DNA of 64,000 nucleotides. It comes from Chiloscyllium plagiosum. Taxonomy: Eukaryota. The position numbers and the translations under genes are program-made. The stretch is taken from positions 8,723,665 to 8,787,664 of the forward strand of contig NC_057720.1 of assembly GCF_004010195.1 (NCBI RefSeq), in the 5' to 3' direction. The notes beneath the pieces were generated by a model. That model worked only from the letters and a program-made list of their open reading frames with translations, made no database searches and was not told the DNA's origin. Positions 36,490-47,699 of the stretch are shown piece after piece. The first letter of the stretch is position 1. Every line of letters starts with the position of its first letter.

Positions 36490-37100
36490 GACCTGTAACT
36501 AGGGGTGTGTTGCAGGGATCAGCGCTGGGGGCCACAATTATTTGGAATACGTAGTAAGAATTTGGATGAGGGAAGTGAATGTACTATCGCCCAGTTTGAG
36601 GATGACGCAAAAATAGGTGAAGATGACAGAAAGTGTCTGCAGAGGGATGGCGACTGATTATGAGGAGATGTTGAACAGATTGGGCCTGTAATCATTGGAA
36701 TTTGGAAGAATGAGGGATAATCTGATTAAAACATATAAGATTCTTAGGTGACTTGGTGGGGTGGATGCAGAGAGATTGATTGTCCTTGTTTGAGAGTCTA
36801 GGACCAGAGGGTATAATCTCAGAATAAGGAATAGCCCATTTAAGACAGAGGTCAGGGGGAATTTCTTCCTCCAGAGGGTAGTAAGTCTGTGGAATTCTTT
36901 ACTGCAGAGAGCTGCTGAGGCTTGGACATTGGGTGCATTTAAGGCTGAGAGAGACTTTTGATCAGTGAGGAAATCTAGCATTATGGGGAAAAGGCAGGAA
37001 AGTGGAGTTGAGGATCATTAATCATGATCTCATTGAAAAGCAGAGCAGACTCGATGGGTTGAATGACTTACTTCTGCTCCTACATCTTATATTCTTATGA
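36490..37100 (+). mobile_element. CR1 RT/3' fragment with internal deletion
   Basis: PVTRGVLQGSALGPQLF..QFEDDAKIG, then YEEMLNRLGL..FFLQRVVSLWNSL. Confidence 0.8.
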
Positions 37101-37379
37101 TGCTGAGGGACCTGTTGAATTTCTTGAGCACTCACTGATTTTATTTTAAAGATTTCCAGCCTCTGCAGCATTTTGCTTTTATTTAATGGGAATGGGCCTG
37201 GAATCAGTAATTAGTAGGAAAGATTAAATACGCTAGTACTTTGGAAAACAGAAGATTATATGGTGATCCAGCAGAGATCTTTGAGGTTATGAAAGGATTT
37301 AGACAGTAGATGTTGTGATCATAGAATCCCTACAGTGTGGAAACAGGCCATTTGGCCCAACAAGTCCACACTGACCTCT

Positions 37380-38015
37380 AAATAGACCCTACCACCAGGG
37401 ATATATTTCCCTCCCCACCCCTCTCCGCCTTCCGCAAAGACCGTTCCCTCTGTGACTACCTGGTCAGGTCCACGCCCCCCTACGACCCACCGTCCCATCC
37501 TGGCACATTCCTCTGCCACCGCAGGAACTGTAAAACCTGTGCCCACACCTCCTCCCTCACCTCCATCCAAGGCCCTAAAGGAGCCTTCCACATCCATCAA
37601 AGTTTTACCGTCGATTTTGCCCGTCCTCGGATGGTGCCTGAACTGCTGTGCTGTTCCAGCACCACTGATCCAGAATCTGGTTTCCAGCATCTGCAGTCAT
37701 TGTTTTTACCTCGTTGATTTTAACCCTACTGCGAATCCTCTTGCAAGGATGCCTGCCTTGAAGAAGTTTTCCTCCTCTCTCTACAAGAATCTCAGGGAGT
37801 CTCTCTCTCATTTACTCTATGCCACTCTCTCCCACCCCCACCCTCCTCTAGCTTATCTCTCCACGCTTCAGGCTCTCTGCCTTTATTCCTGATGAAGAGC
37901 TTTTGCCCGAAACGTCGATTTTGCCTGTCCTCGGATGCTGCCTGAATTGCTGTGCTCTTCCAGCACCACTGATCCAGAATCTGGTTTCCAGCATCTGCAG
38001 TCATTGTTTTTACCT
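37380..38015 (+). mobile_element. Internally deleted partial-tandem PLE (ORF 3' piece, pLTR, ORF 5' piece, pLTR)
   Basis: DIFPSPPLSAFRKDRSL..CHRRNCKTC linker; pLTR copies at ~37609-37712 and ~37885-38015; MPALKKFSSSLYKNLRESLS from ATG 37749. Confidence 0.85.
37889..37916 (+). ncRNA. Minimal hammerhead ribozyme core (PLE family 1; one stem II mismatch)
   Basis: CUGAUGA-A-GAGC-UUUU-GCCC-GAAAC-GUC. Confidence 0.7.
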
Positions 38016-38122
38016 CTCTGAAGAGCAACCTACCCAGAGCCCTTCTCCTACCATATTATTCCACATTTACCCCTGACTAAGTCACCTAACCTACACATCC
38101 CTGAACACTATGGGCAATTTAA

Positions 38123-38217
38123 AGTAGACATGCAGGGGGGTGGAATAACACAGCAAACCAGGCAGCATCAGGAGGTAGAGAAGTCAACGTTTCAGGTGTA
38201 ACCCTTCTTCAAGATTC
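38123..38217 (-). mobile_element. Divergent PLE pLTR fragment with 12-bp TSD
   Basis: Minus: ttgaaga-a-gggt-tac-acct-gaaacgtt; TSD tgggcaatttaa 38111-38122 / tgggcaacttaa 38218-38229. Confidence 0.75.
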
Positions 38218-38514
38218 TGGGCAACTTAACATGGCCAATCTACCCTAACCTGCACATCTTTGGACTGTGGGAGGAAACACAGTTTCCTCTGGAGCAACCA
38301 GGCTGGAATCGACCCCAGGTCCCTAGCACTGTGATGCTGCAATGCTAGCCACTAAGCCATTGTGCCACCTGCGATGGTACTTCTGATTTGTGAGCAGTAC
38401 CTCAAAAGTGGAAGCATAAATATCAGACAATTGCCTATAAATCCTGGAGAAATCTCTTTGCAACAAGTGGTTAGTATACAGAACTTGCTAATTTGTGGAG
38501 TGGTTGAGATAAAT

Positions 38515-38808
38515 AGATTAGATTACTTACAGTGTGGAAACAGGCCCTTCGGCCCAACAAGTCCACACCGACCCTCTGAAGAGCAACCCACCCAGATCCA
38601 TTCCCCGACACCTAACACTAGGGGCAATTTAGCATGGCCAATTCACCTAATTTGCACATTTTTTGGACTGTGGGTGGAAACCGGAGCAAACCCACGCAGA
38701 CACGGGGAGAATGTGCAAACTCCACACAGACAGTTGCCTGAGGCGGGAATTGAACCCAGGTCTCTGGCACTGAGGCAACAGTGCTAACCACTGTGCCACC
38801 GTGCTGCC
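38515..38808 (-). mobile_element. HE1-like V-SINE
   Basis: Complete tail, V-domain and head. Confidence 0.92.
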
Positions 38809-40027
38809 AATCTATTTAAATAGAAGCCAGAGAAAAGCATGAAACAGATATGGATTTGGAAGAATATTTTGTTGGGTAAGTGGAAGTGGATAGAAGCAGC
38901 ACAAATGCCAGTATTGCCCTGCTGGGCAGAATGATCTCTTTTAGTGCTCTGAAACACTATGCAAGAATATCATTGAAAGCCTATTTGAATAATGCACCTC
39001 AGGCCTCTATAAACATGAAGGAATTAAAATTGGATCTTAGGAAAAAATAAAAATTACATCAGCCATTATTAAACTAGTTCCACATGAGTACTTTTAAAGC
39101 AGTTTCTATTAGACCAATACATGAAGAAGTTATGTTTCAATATGTAATGGGCATTGGGAGACATTATTTATTTAACTACACCATAAATGCAGAAACATAT
39201 AATAAAAGGAACTAAGTAAAAAAAATGAATTAAACAAAGGCAAGCCATCACGCCTCTTGCATAAACCTAGAGTTACGATAGATTAGAATACTTTCCTTAA
39301 GGGGTTTTGTACCATATAACTGATTGGATTGGTAACTTTTTGTGCATATCCCTTGTGCTTATCAAAAACACAGATTTGGTACGTAGGAGCAACTACAGTG
39401 ATTGATTGTATGATCAGTAATTTGAAGATGTGATTTATCTTGATATCTAATTATACATTCCATGTCATTTATTTTATCAAGTTCATTCATTCAATCAGTG
39501 TTACTTCTGCTAGAAAGCTGGGTTCCTTTCCTCTTCAATGCATAGCTAAAATTTTCCAAAGACTAATTCTTTTTTGCAAGCGCTGAACACAAGAGAAACA
39601 AAAAAAAACAGGCTAAATTGTAAGACTAGAAAAGAAAGCACGGCTTAATTATATTTTCTTCAGAGGCTAATGAATAAATTATCTGTGCTGTAGGCTTTTT
39701 TAGTTTACAGTGAATTCATTACTTTTTACTTCAAGCATCAGACCAGTGCAGAATCAATTCAATCTCAGCCTTTGGCACTGACTGATGAGTCAAGTTGAAC
39801 TGCCAATCTTGTCACTCGACACCATTCAATCGAACATTGAAACAAAATAAAACTACAACAGTTCAGTTAATTTCATTCCATGCATTTTAAAACAAGACAG
39901 TGTCTCCTGTATGAATTCTGCCTGATTTTCTAAGTGATTGTTCAGTGCACTCATCTCCCTCATGCCAATAAGAGCACCTGTCAGCTGTACCTTGTTGAAT
40001 GACACTTATGATTACAGCTCATCTTAC

Positions 40028-40280
40028 CTGATCTCTTGATTTTAGTCTGGCGACAGGGAGGGGTAGAAAGCTGAAAGCCAATGAAACAGGAGCAAGTATT
40101 GATTCTTTGACGGATTCACCTCTTGTGGTTAGCTGGTTAATGTACTGCTGGGTGCACTCAAAGGTCCTTGGTGTCAATGGATCAGAGAGAATGCAATAGA
40201 AAGTGGGACTGAAACAGATAGCACTGTGTCCGTCCACTGTCTCCGAGGAGAGTTCTGCTTGTTTTTAAAGGACTGACTCA
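40028..40280 (-). promoter_or_regulatory. Candidate promoter and non-coding first exon on minus
   Basis: AP-1 TGAGTCA (40274-40280), TATA-like TTTAAAAA (40262-40269), then ~210 nt to the CAG|GTAAGA donor at 40027; TE-free island. Confidence 0.4.
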
Positions 40281-41823
40281 TCTCTTAGTCCCCATTCTAC
40301 TGAGCTTGTCTAAACTCATCAGACAGTTCACTTGAGCTGTACGCAGTAGGGTTACAATCACCCTTAACAGAGTGGTCAAGATGCCTATAAGCTGTCAACA
40401 GCAAAGCTTCAGGAACTGGAGAGAATTTCAGCTCTCTCTTTGCTTGTTCTTTTTGCTCAATCTAGTGCTCACCAGGCCATTTCATAATAAAAGCCAGCTT
40501 CATGCCCCTCCTCCAAATCCAACTGTGATAAAGTTGCTGTTGTCTGCAAAGTGTAATCCAGCTCATTGCTTTAACCCCATCCCATGCAGCTGATTTCCTA
40601 CTAGTTGAATGCTAAACGGGTTAATCCAATCAAATTCACCAGGGAAGGCACAAAGGTGTCTGTGACTTACCATTCTCAATGTTAGTTATTAAAATGTGGC
40701 ACAAAATTCTCAGTTTATTTAATTCAGTGTGAAAATGTTTCTGTTCCCATAGATTTTTACACTTTAAGCTGCAATCGCATTTGTAAAACACATATACTTG
40801 TTATTTCTCTAACAGTTTCAGGGCAGCTATCTTTTTTGCATGAGTCACATGCAAATCTTAAACTGTGTTAGAGAGCAATTTTTAGGGAATATTGCAACTT
40901 CACTTGATGTAAGTGAAGAGTTTCACGGGCTTTGGTCCAGTAAGTATTGGCACAACAGTTAGTGTCCCTCCTTCTGAGCCAGAAGCTCTGGGTTTAAGAC
41001 CAATGACAGAACAAGGACCAACAGGTGGAGGATTAACATGAAAATCCTTCCAATACACACCATGGCAAATATGAGGGAAAAATAGAAAAATGTTTCCACC
41101 ATTATTATCTACAGATCCTGCAGACATGCAACAGCTTGTAAATGTGAAAGTTATCTCATCACATGTCACTGGAAAATCTTCAGAACAGCTCCATGGGCAT
41201 CCTGGAACCACATGGACTGTAGTGGTTCAGGAAGGTAGCTTCTCCAGTACAGTGCAGAATGAGCTAATCAAGGCTGGAGTTACGTTCAGCATAACTTTGC
41301 TCATTTCCAAGTCGTTCCTCTCGAAATAAACTGAGTTCTTGGTTTTGAATATCAGAGATTCGGCAGGAATTGTGTCTTTGTGCTCGAATCAAAATATTCC
41401 AGGGAAAGCAGGGGAAAGCAGGAAGGGCTGCCTATATGTCAGATTGTTAAACCACCTGATGTCATAGTATACACTGACCTGATGATCTAACCCAAGAGAA
41501 TCTTCATTGATATGCTTCACGCTGGATTTTGTTATATTTCAAAGGTGAAAAACCATCAGAAAAGTACTTCAAAGGCAGTAAAATTGTATTGCAACATCCT
41601 GAGATTTTGACTGGTGCTAGATAATTCTAAGTCATTCATTCATTTATTAAACAGCAAGAACATTCCTCTCACCATGAACAGCCCAAAATATTTAAATGAA
41701 CATACTTCCAATTTCTCTGTGCTTTGTATTCCAGTACAGTACGTGTTGGTCGCTTTCTGAACATAGTTAACTGCTTTGGCTTCATACGGATTTGTAACTG
41801 GTACCTTAATGGAAGCTGGCTCT

Positions 41824-41837
41824 GTTGGCATGGCAAC
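41824..41837. promoter_or_regulatory. RFX X-box-like palindrome
   Basis: GTTGGCATGGCAAC, one mismatch from GTTGCCATGGCAAC, in a locally CpG-richer stretch. Confidence 0.4.
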
Positions 41838-41851
41838 TGAATAGTTTATTC

Positions 41852-42090
41852 ATGACGAGCAAGGACAAACCCTCAAGGTACGGGAAGGGTCACTGCATCT
41901 TTGAGAGATTAAGTGATTTTAAGACATAATAACCGATTATGCAGCCATTTCAAAAGTTTATAAAAATGGTTTTGTCACTTTGTTTACTTTCAGAAGCAGC
42001 CAGACATTTTTAACCTGCCGAAAGAGTCGAATAACTTTAAAACTCTGCAAAGAAGCCAAGCCAAAACATCACAGCAAGAGGGGAAGCCTT
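41852..42090 (+). CDS. Candidate two-exon 5' end of an unidentified gene (41852-41877, 41994-42090)
   Basis: AAG|GTACGG donor at 41878, ctttgtttactttcag| acceptor at 41993, CTT|GTTAGT donor at 42091; spliced frame MTSKDKPSRSSQTFLTCRKSRITLKLCKEAKPKHHSKRGSL is open. Confidence 0.3.
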
Positions 42091-42199
42091 GTTAGTCTGA
42101 AATGGTCTTTTATTTACTGTTAATCTCCTTGGTTCAAAATGAAGTCAAAGATCTTTGCCAGCTGCAGAGGGACTCTGTTAAGCTCATTGTGTTCAGTCA

Positions 42200-42672
42200 C
42201 ATCCAGTTCTGTCCCACCATGCAAGGACAGGAAGTGATTTACTAGCAGGTTGCTGGGGATGGAAGGTTTGAGTTAGAGGGAGAGGCTGGATTGCCTGGGA
42301 CTTTTTTCATTGGAGCGTAGGAGTTTGAGAAGTGACCTTATTGTGGTTTATGAAATAATGAGTTGTCTTTTCCCCAGGGTAAGGGTTTTCAAATGTAGAG
42401 GGTATATTTTTGAGAGGAGAAAGATTTAAACAAGACATGAGGGACAATTTGTTTACACAGAGAATGATTCATGTGTGGAATGAACATCCAGAAGAAGTGA
42501 TGGATGCAGGTAAAGTTTTAACATTTAAAAGACATTACAATAAGCACATGAATAAGAAATGCTTGGAGGGATATGGGCCAAGTGCAGGCAGGTGGGACAA
42601 GTTTGGTTTGGGATTATGGCTGGCATGGACTGGTTGGAACGAATTGTCTGTTTCTGAGCTGTGTGACTATGA
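42200..42672 (+). mobile_element. CR1 3' end
   Basis: RGERFKQDMRDNLFTQRMIHVWNEHPEEV. Confidence 0.85.
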
Positions 42673-42913
42673 CACCTATAAACTGTCTTGTTGAATATAT
42701 TTATTAAGAAGTAGAAGCACATTGAAGAAACTGTTCAGTTTACCCAGACTGTTCCAAAACATTCCCTGACTTGGACTTCCGCACTATCAGGATGAGATTT
42801 AGATGTTTTTCTGGGTGTAAAAATATTGCAATCAATATCCTGTGCAATTAGGACACTCTTGTACTTATGATAAGGTGCCACAACAATGGTTGCTACACAA
42901 ACTAAGAGCTTTT

Positions 42914-43219
42914 TAGATTAGATTAGATTAGATTAGATTAGATTACTTACAGTGTGGAAACAGGCCCTTCGGCCCAACAAGTCCACACCGCCCCGCCAAA
43001 GCGCAACCCACCCATACCCCTAACCTAACATTACGGGAAATTTAGCATGGCCAACTCACCTGACCTGCACATCTTTGGACTGTGGGAGGAAACCAGAGCA
43101 CCCGGAGGAAACCCACGCAGACACAGGGAGAATGTGCAAACTCCACACAGACAGTCGCCTGAGTTGGGAATTGAACCCGGGTCTCTGGCGCTGTGAGGCA
43201 GCGTGCCACCGTGCCACCC
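42914..43219 (-). mobile_element. HE1-like V-SINE with long (gatta)n tail
   Basis: About six TAGAT units at 42914-42945, V-domain, head with a small deletion. Confidence 0.93.
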
Positions 43220-43299
43220 ACAGGAAGATATGTGCCAAACCTTAAAGGAGTATGCACACTATATCATCACCATATCATGGCATGTGTCCTGATGACATA

Positions 43300-43990
43300 A
43301 ATGTCCCAGTCTCCAGTTGACTGTGCTCTGTCATCTTGTGGTATGACAGAATTACCATTGACCAATAACTGAACTGGACCAGTCATATCAATAAAGTCAC
43401 TATAAGAGGAAGTCAGAAGTTAGGAACCTGCACTGAATAACTCACCTCCGGACTCTCCAAAGTCTGTCCACTATCTATGAGGCATAAGTCAGGAGTGTAA
43501 TTGAATACTCCCCACTGAATGTGTACAGCTCCAACAACACTCTAGTAACTTGACACTATTCAGGACAAAGAAGCTCATTTGACAGGCACCACATCCACAT
43601 ACATCCACTCCCTCCAGCACCGACTCTCAGCAGCAGCAGTGTGCATTGTCTACGAGAATGCACTGCAGAGGTTCACTAAAGATCCTCAGACAGCACCTTC
43701 CAAACACATGACCACTTCCACTTAGAAGGACATGGGAGCACCACCACCTGCAGGTTCCCCTCCAAGCCACTCACTATACTGATTTGGAAATAAATCACCG
43801 TTCTTACAGTGTCTTTGGGTCAAAATCCTGGAATTCCCTCCCAAAGGGCATTGTGGACCTATTTATAGCACATGAGTTGCAGCGGATCAAGAAGGTAACT
43901 CACCACAACCTTCTCAAAGGCAACTAGGGACAGGCAATAAATGCTGGACTAGCCAGTGACACCCACATCCCATGAGTGAAGTAAAAGAAA
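43300..43990 (+). mobile_element. L2/Crack-like LINE 3' end (putative partner of SINE family B)
   Basis: IDQ.LNWTSHI..QSLSTIYEA.VRSVIEYSPL..LDTIQDK..HSLQHR..KSWNSLP; tail ggcaataaatgctggactagccagtgacacccacatccc. Confidence 0.75.
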
Positions 43991-44224
43991 ATGCTGAGGG
44001 AAGCATGTTACAGTGCATCTGATTTGTTTAGTTTGAGCCGAACCAAGCAAGTGCATGTGATTGTAATGTTCATGTGTAGACATCAGGCAGTATGATAAAA
44101 GGACACTGAATTCTTCAGTACCTGCTGGCCCACATCTCACATTTACATTGTGGGAGCTAACATAAATAACACAACTGATAGTGGCAAGTTATCATGATAC
44201 TGTACCATGTTCATACCATACCAT

Positions 44225-44542
44225 AAAACCTTAACTTATCTCAAAAATGTGACTTTAAAGACGTTCTGGGATTTACATTTTAATGAACTGAAATTTGCAA
44301 CCCATTCTAAAAGATGAAAGACTTAACAGCAATCTAGGTTTGTTCAATATATTGTTTCAGTTGCATGACACTGTAATCTTTTGCTATAAAGTCTGTTATC
44401 TATGATCCTGCTCCACAGCTACCTGATGAAGGAGCAGTGCTCCGAAAGCTAGTGCTTCCAAATAAACCTGTTGGACTATAACCTGCTGTTGTGTGATTGT
44501 TAATTTTGTCCACCCCAATCCAACACCAGCACCTCCACATCA
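44225..44542 (+). mobile_element. PLE family-2 3' end with intact hammerhead
   Basis: Extended upstream region, ribozyme core, arm aaataaacctgttggactataacctg and tail caccccaatccaacaccagcacctccacatca. Confidence 0.82.
44417..44456 (+). ncRNA. Minimal type I hammerhead ribozyme (PLE family 2)
   Basis: Stem I AGC(U)AC/GUGCU; CUGAUGA 44423-44429; A; stem II GGAGC-AGU-GCUCC; GAAAG-CUA (predicted cleavage after 44451); stem III palindrome AGCU. Confidence 0.8.
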
Positions 44543-44850
44543 CGTCATGTTATGGAAATGCAACTTGCCTCATGGTGTAGGGAATAACATATTAGCAAGA
44601 ATTTTATTAGCCAACAAGAAACAGAGAGTTTGGGGTAAGCCAGCATTTCTCTGGCTGACAATCCTTGCAAGCCATGAATATTACATCTGGGAATCTGGAA
44701 TCTAATTTAAAACTTGTTTCTCTGCCATTTACTTTAACTCCCAGTATTTGTCCTGTGTACCTGCACTATTTCAAGGGTTTAAAGCCATTGTTGTGGGGTC
44801 ATCACAATCCCTAGGAAGAATTCATTCTGTCAACGTACATCTGACAGTCC

Positions 44851-45162
44851 TAGATTAGATTAGATTACAGCGTGGAAACAGGCCCTTCGGCCCAATAAAT
44901 CCACACCGACCCACTGAAGCGCAACCCGCCCATGCCCCTACATTTACCCCTTACCTAACACTACGGGCAATTTAGCATGGCCAATTCACCTGACCTGCAC
45001 ATCTTTGGACTGTGGGAGGAAACCGGAGCACCCAGAGGAAACCCACGCAGACACGGGAGAATGTGCAAACTCCACACAGTCAGTCGTCTGAGGCGGGAAC
45101 TGAACCCGGGTCTCAGGCGCTGTGAGGCAGCAGTGCTAACCACTGTGCCACCGTGCCGCCCC
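44851..45162 (-). mobile_element. HE1-like V-SINE, young
   Basis: Complete, CpG-rich. Confidence 0.94.
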
Positions 45163-45198
45163 CAATTATGTGCTGTGTCCCCAATTATGTGCTGTGTC
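45161..45198. repeat. 19-bp direct tandem duplication
   Basis: cccaattatgtgctgtgtc x2 at the SINE 5' junction. Confidence 0.9.
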
Positions 45199-45349
45199 TA
45201 ATTTTCTGATCTGTGTTCTCCTTTCTCATGCTCTATTTCTCTCTCATCACAATTAACAACCTTCTTTTTCTCTTGCACTGAGCCTCCATACCACCTGTTC
45301 CTCTCACTCCTCCTCCACCTGTGTCAATAGAGTAAAAAGCATTTCCCAC

Positions 45350-45497
45350 ACCTTTCAGTTTTGTAGAAGAGTCAAAACAGACATCATAGATCAACTCTGT
45401 TTCTCTCACCACAGATGCTGCTAGACCTGCTGAGTTTCTCCAACATTCTCTGTATTTGTTTTAGATCGACAGAGTCTGCAGTATTTTGCTTTTATTG
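45350..45497 (+). mobile_element. PLE family-3 pLTR remnant
   Basis: gaagagtca...aactctgtttctctcaccacagatgctgctagacctgctgagtttctcc...tctgcagtattttgctt. Confidence 0.65.
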
Positions 45498-45691
45498 TAA
45501 TGATCACCTATTAAAAATACAAGGGAGGGTGTGCAGGAGTAGAAGGATGGCAAGAGATGAAAAGGAAGCAGGAAATGTTCTTGATAGTAGAGGGCAGGGT
45601 GATTAATTAACAGAAGTGGTAGCAATAAAAGGTTAAAGTAGACGTGTAGAAACAAAACACAAGGAGGTGTAAATAGTGGGAAGAGAATACG

Positions 45692-46002
45692 GTGGGCGGC
45701 ACGGTGGCACAGTGGTTAGCACTGCTGCCTCACAGCGCCAGAGACCTGGGTTCAATTCCCGCCTCAGACTGTGTGGAGTTTGCACGTTCTCCCCGTGTCT
45801 GCGTGGGTTTCCTCCGGGTGCTCCGGTTTCCTCCCATAGTCCAAAGACGTGCAGGTTAGGTGAATTGACCATGCTAAATTGCCCGTAGTGTTAGGTAAGG
45901 GGTAAATGTAGGGGTATGGGTGGGTTGCGCTTCGGCGGGGCGGTGTGGACTTGTTGGGCCGAAGGGCCTGTTTCCACACTGTAAGTAATCTAATCTAATC
46001 TA
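45692..46002 (+). mobile_element. HE1-like V-SINE, young, full length
   Basis: A box TGGCACAGTGG 45705-45715, B box GGTTCAATTCC 45749-45759, V-domain, GGGCCGAAGGGCC stem-loop, (taatc)n tail. Confidence 0.95.
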
Positions 46003-46004
46003 AT

Positions 46005-46246
46005 ACAGGAAGTTGGAGCTATGGAAATTGCAGAAAGCAGAGAGGGTTGTTCTGTTCCGATTCCCACAAAGAGAGCCCCAATCTAACCATTGTTTGCAAG
46101 AGTGAACATAAGCAGATGTGATGTGAGAATGAAACTGGTGTACAGAGTGAGTAGTTGGGGTCTGGAATGCACCTGCCTGGAAATGCAGTGGAGGCAGGTT
46201 CAATTGAGGCATTAGATGATTATTTAGATAGAAATGGCGTACAGGG
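46005..46246 (+). mobile_element. CR1 3' fragment, old
   Basis: tacagagtgagtagttggggtctggaatgcacctgcctgg. Confidence 0.6.
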
Positions 46247-46530
46247 ACATAGAACATAGAACATAGAACATAGAAGAATACAGCGCAGTACAGGCCCTTC
46301 GGCCCTCGATGTTGCGCCGATCCAAGCCCATCTAACCTACACTAGCCCACTATCCTCCATATGCCTATCCAATGCCCGCTTAAATGCCCATAATGAGGGA
46401 GAGTCCACCACTGATACTGGCAGGGCATTCCATGAACTCACGACTCGCTGAGTAAAGAACCTACCCCTAACATCTGTCCTATACCTACCCCCCCTTAATT
46501 TAAAGCTATGTCCCTTTGTAATAGCTGACT
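46247..46530 (-). mobile_element. Young CR1 3' end with (ttctatg)n tail
   Basis: acatagaacatagaacatagaacatagaa; caggcccttcggccc; CpG-rich. Confidence 0.88.
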
Positions 46531-46534
46531 TTGA

Positions 46535-46852
46535 GAATTCATAGAATCCCTACAGTGTGGAAACAGGGCCTTCGGCCCAACAGGTCCACACTGACCCACT
46601 GAAGAGTAACCCTCCAGACCTATACCCGTACCTTTATTTACTACTGACATTTTGGGCAATTTGGCACAGCCATTTCATCTAACCTGCACATCTTTGGACT
46701 GTTGGGAGGAAACCAGAACACCCGGAGGAAACCCACGCAAACACGGGGAGAATGTACAAACTCCACACAGACAGTCACCCGAGGCTGGAATCAAACCCAG
46801 GTCCCTGGTGCTGTGAGGGCAGCAGTGTTATCCACTAAGCCACCATGCCACC
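46535..46852 (-). mobile_element. HE1-like V-SINE
   Basis: Tail, V-domain and head on minus. Confidence 0.9.
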
Positions 46853-47124
46853 CCACAAAATGGAGAAGGACAGCAGATTTGCACCAGGTAATGAAGCTCA
46901 TTTACGAAGTCAGTGCAAGTGCAATGGGCCAAGTGTTATCTGTTTGTGCCGGAGACATTCTGTGATTCTGCACATACGTTTTTTAACTTCCACTTTTAAT
47001 TCTTCTTATGATTATCATAAATTTGTGACTTAATGTGGCTGTCTTGTCAACCAATTAATCTATTACTGTGAAACTTATCAGAATCCCTCATAATCATAAT
47101 TGTAACTTTTTAAAATCTACATCT

Positions 47125-47600
47125 GAAGACACTGGTCAGGAATGTGATGGAATATTCACCACTTGGCCTCAATGTGTGCAGCTCCAACCACACATAAGAA
47201 TGCCAGTGCCATCCAAGACAAAGCAGCATGCTTGCTTGGCATCACATCCACCCACCTTCATCACTCATTCTCTTCACCAGTAATGTAGAGTGGCAACAGT
47301 GTCCAAGATGTACACTTCACCAATGCTGCTTGGCAAAGTACCATCCAAATCCATGACCACTACCATCTAGGAAAATACAGACAGCAGATACATGGGAAGA
47401 TCACCACCATAAGTTCCTGCCAAGTTGCATGTTGTTCTAAAATGAAAATGGATCACTATTCCTCTGGTGTTGTAAGGTCAAAATGCTGTGATGACCTCCC
47501 TCCATCAGATGGACTGAAGACAACTTAGCACCTTCTAAAGACCAGTTATGGCTGGTCAATAAATGTTGACTTTGCCATCAATGGCAATACACATTGAAGG
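47125..47600 (+). mobile_element. L2/Crack-like LINE 3' end, old
   Basis: gtcaggaatgtgatggaatattcaccacttg...catccaagacaaagcagc, homologous to 43480-43970. Confidence 0.65.
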
Positions 47601-47699
47601 TGTGACTAATTCATGTAGTCATACTCGGATACTTCAGGTCTTGAGATATTCAAAAGCAATCTCCCATCCTTATGAACTTTGAGGTAAACACCAGCATGG

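Larger units (their letters stand above)
37317..38372 (-). mobile_element. HE1-like SINE carrying two PLE insertions
   Basis: SINE pieces at 37317-37379, 38016-38122 and 38218-38372 are colinear. Confidence 0.8.

Noticed and set aside
37713..37751. Possible PLE intron acceptor (ttttaac...cttgcaag) before the ATG
   Set aside because: No matching donor found in the pLTR; unsupported.
42914..42945. (TAGAT)n array read as satellite or CRISPR-like
   Set aside because: It is the SINE 3' tail repeat; there are no spacers and the context is eukaryotic.
45692..45765. tRNA-like sequence with A and B boxes
   Set aside because: Head of an HE1 SINE, continuous with the V-domain; not a tRNA gene.
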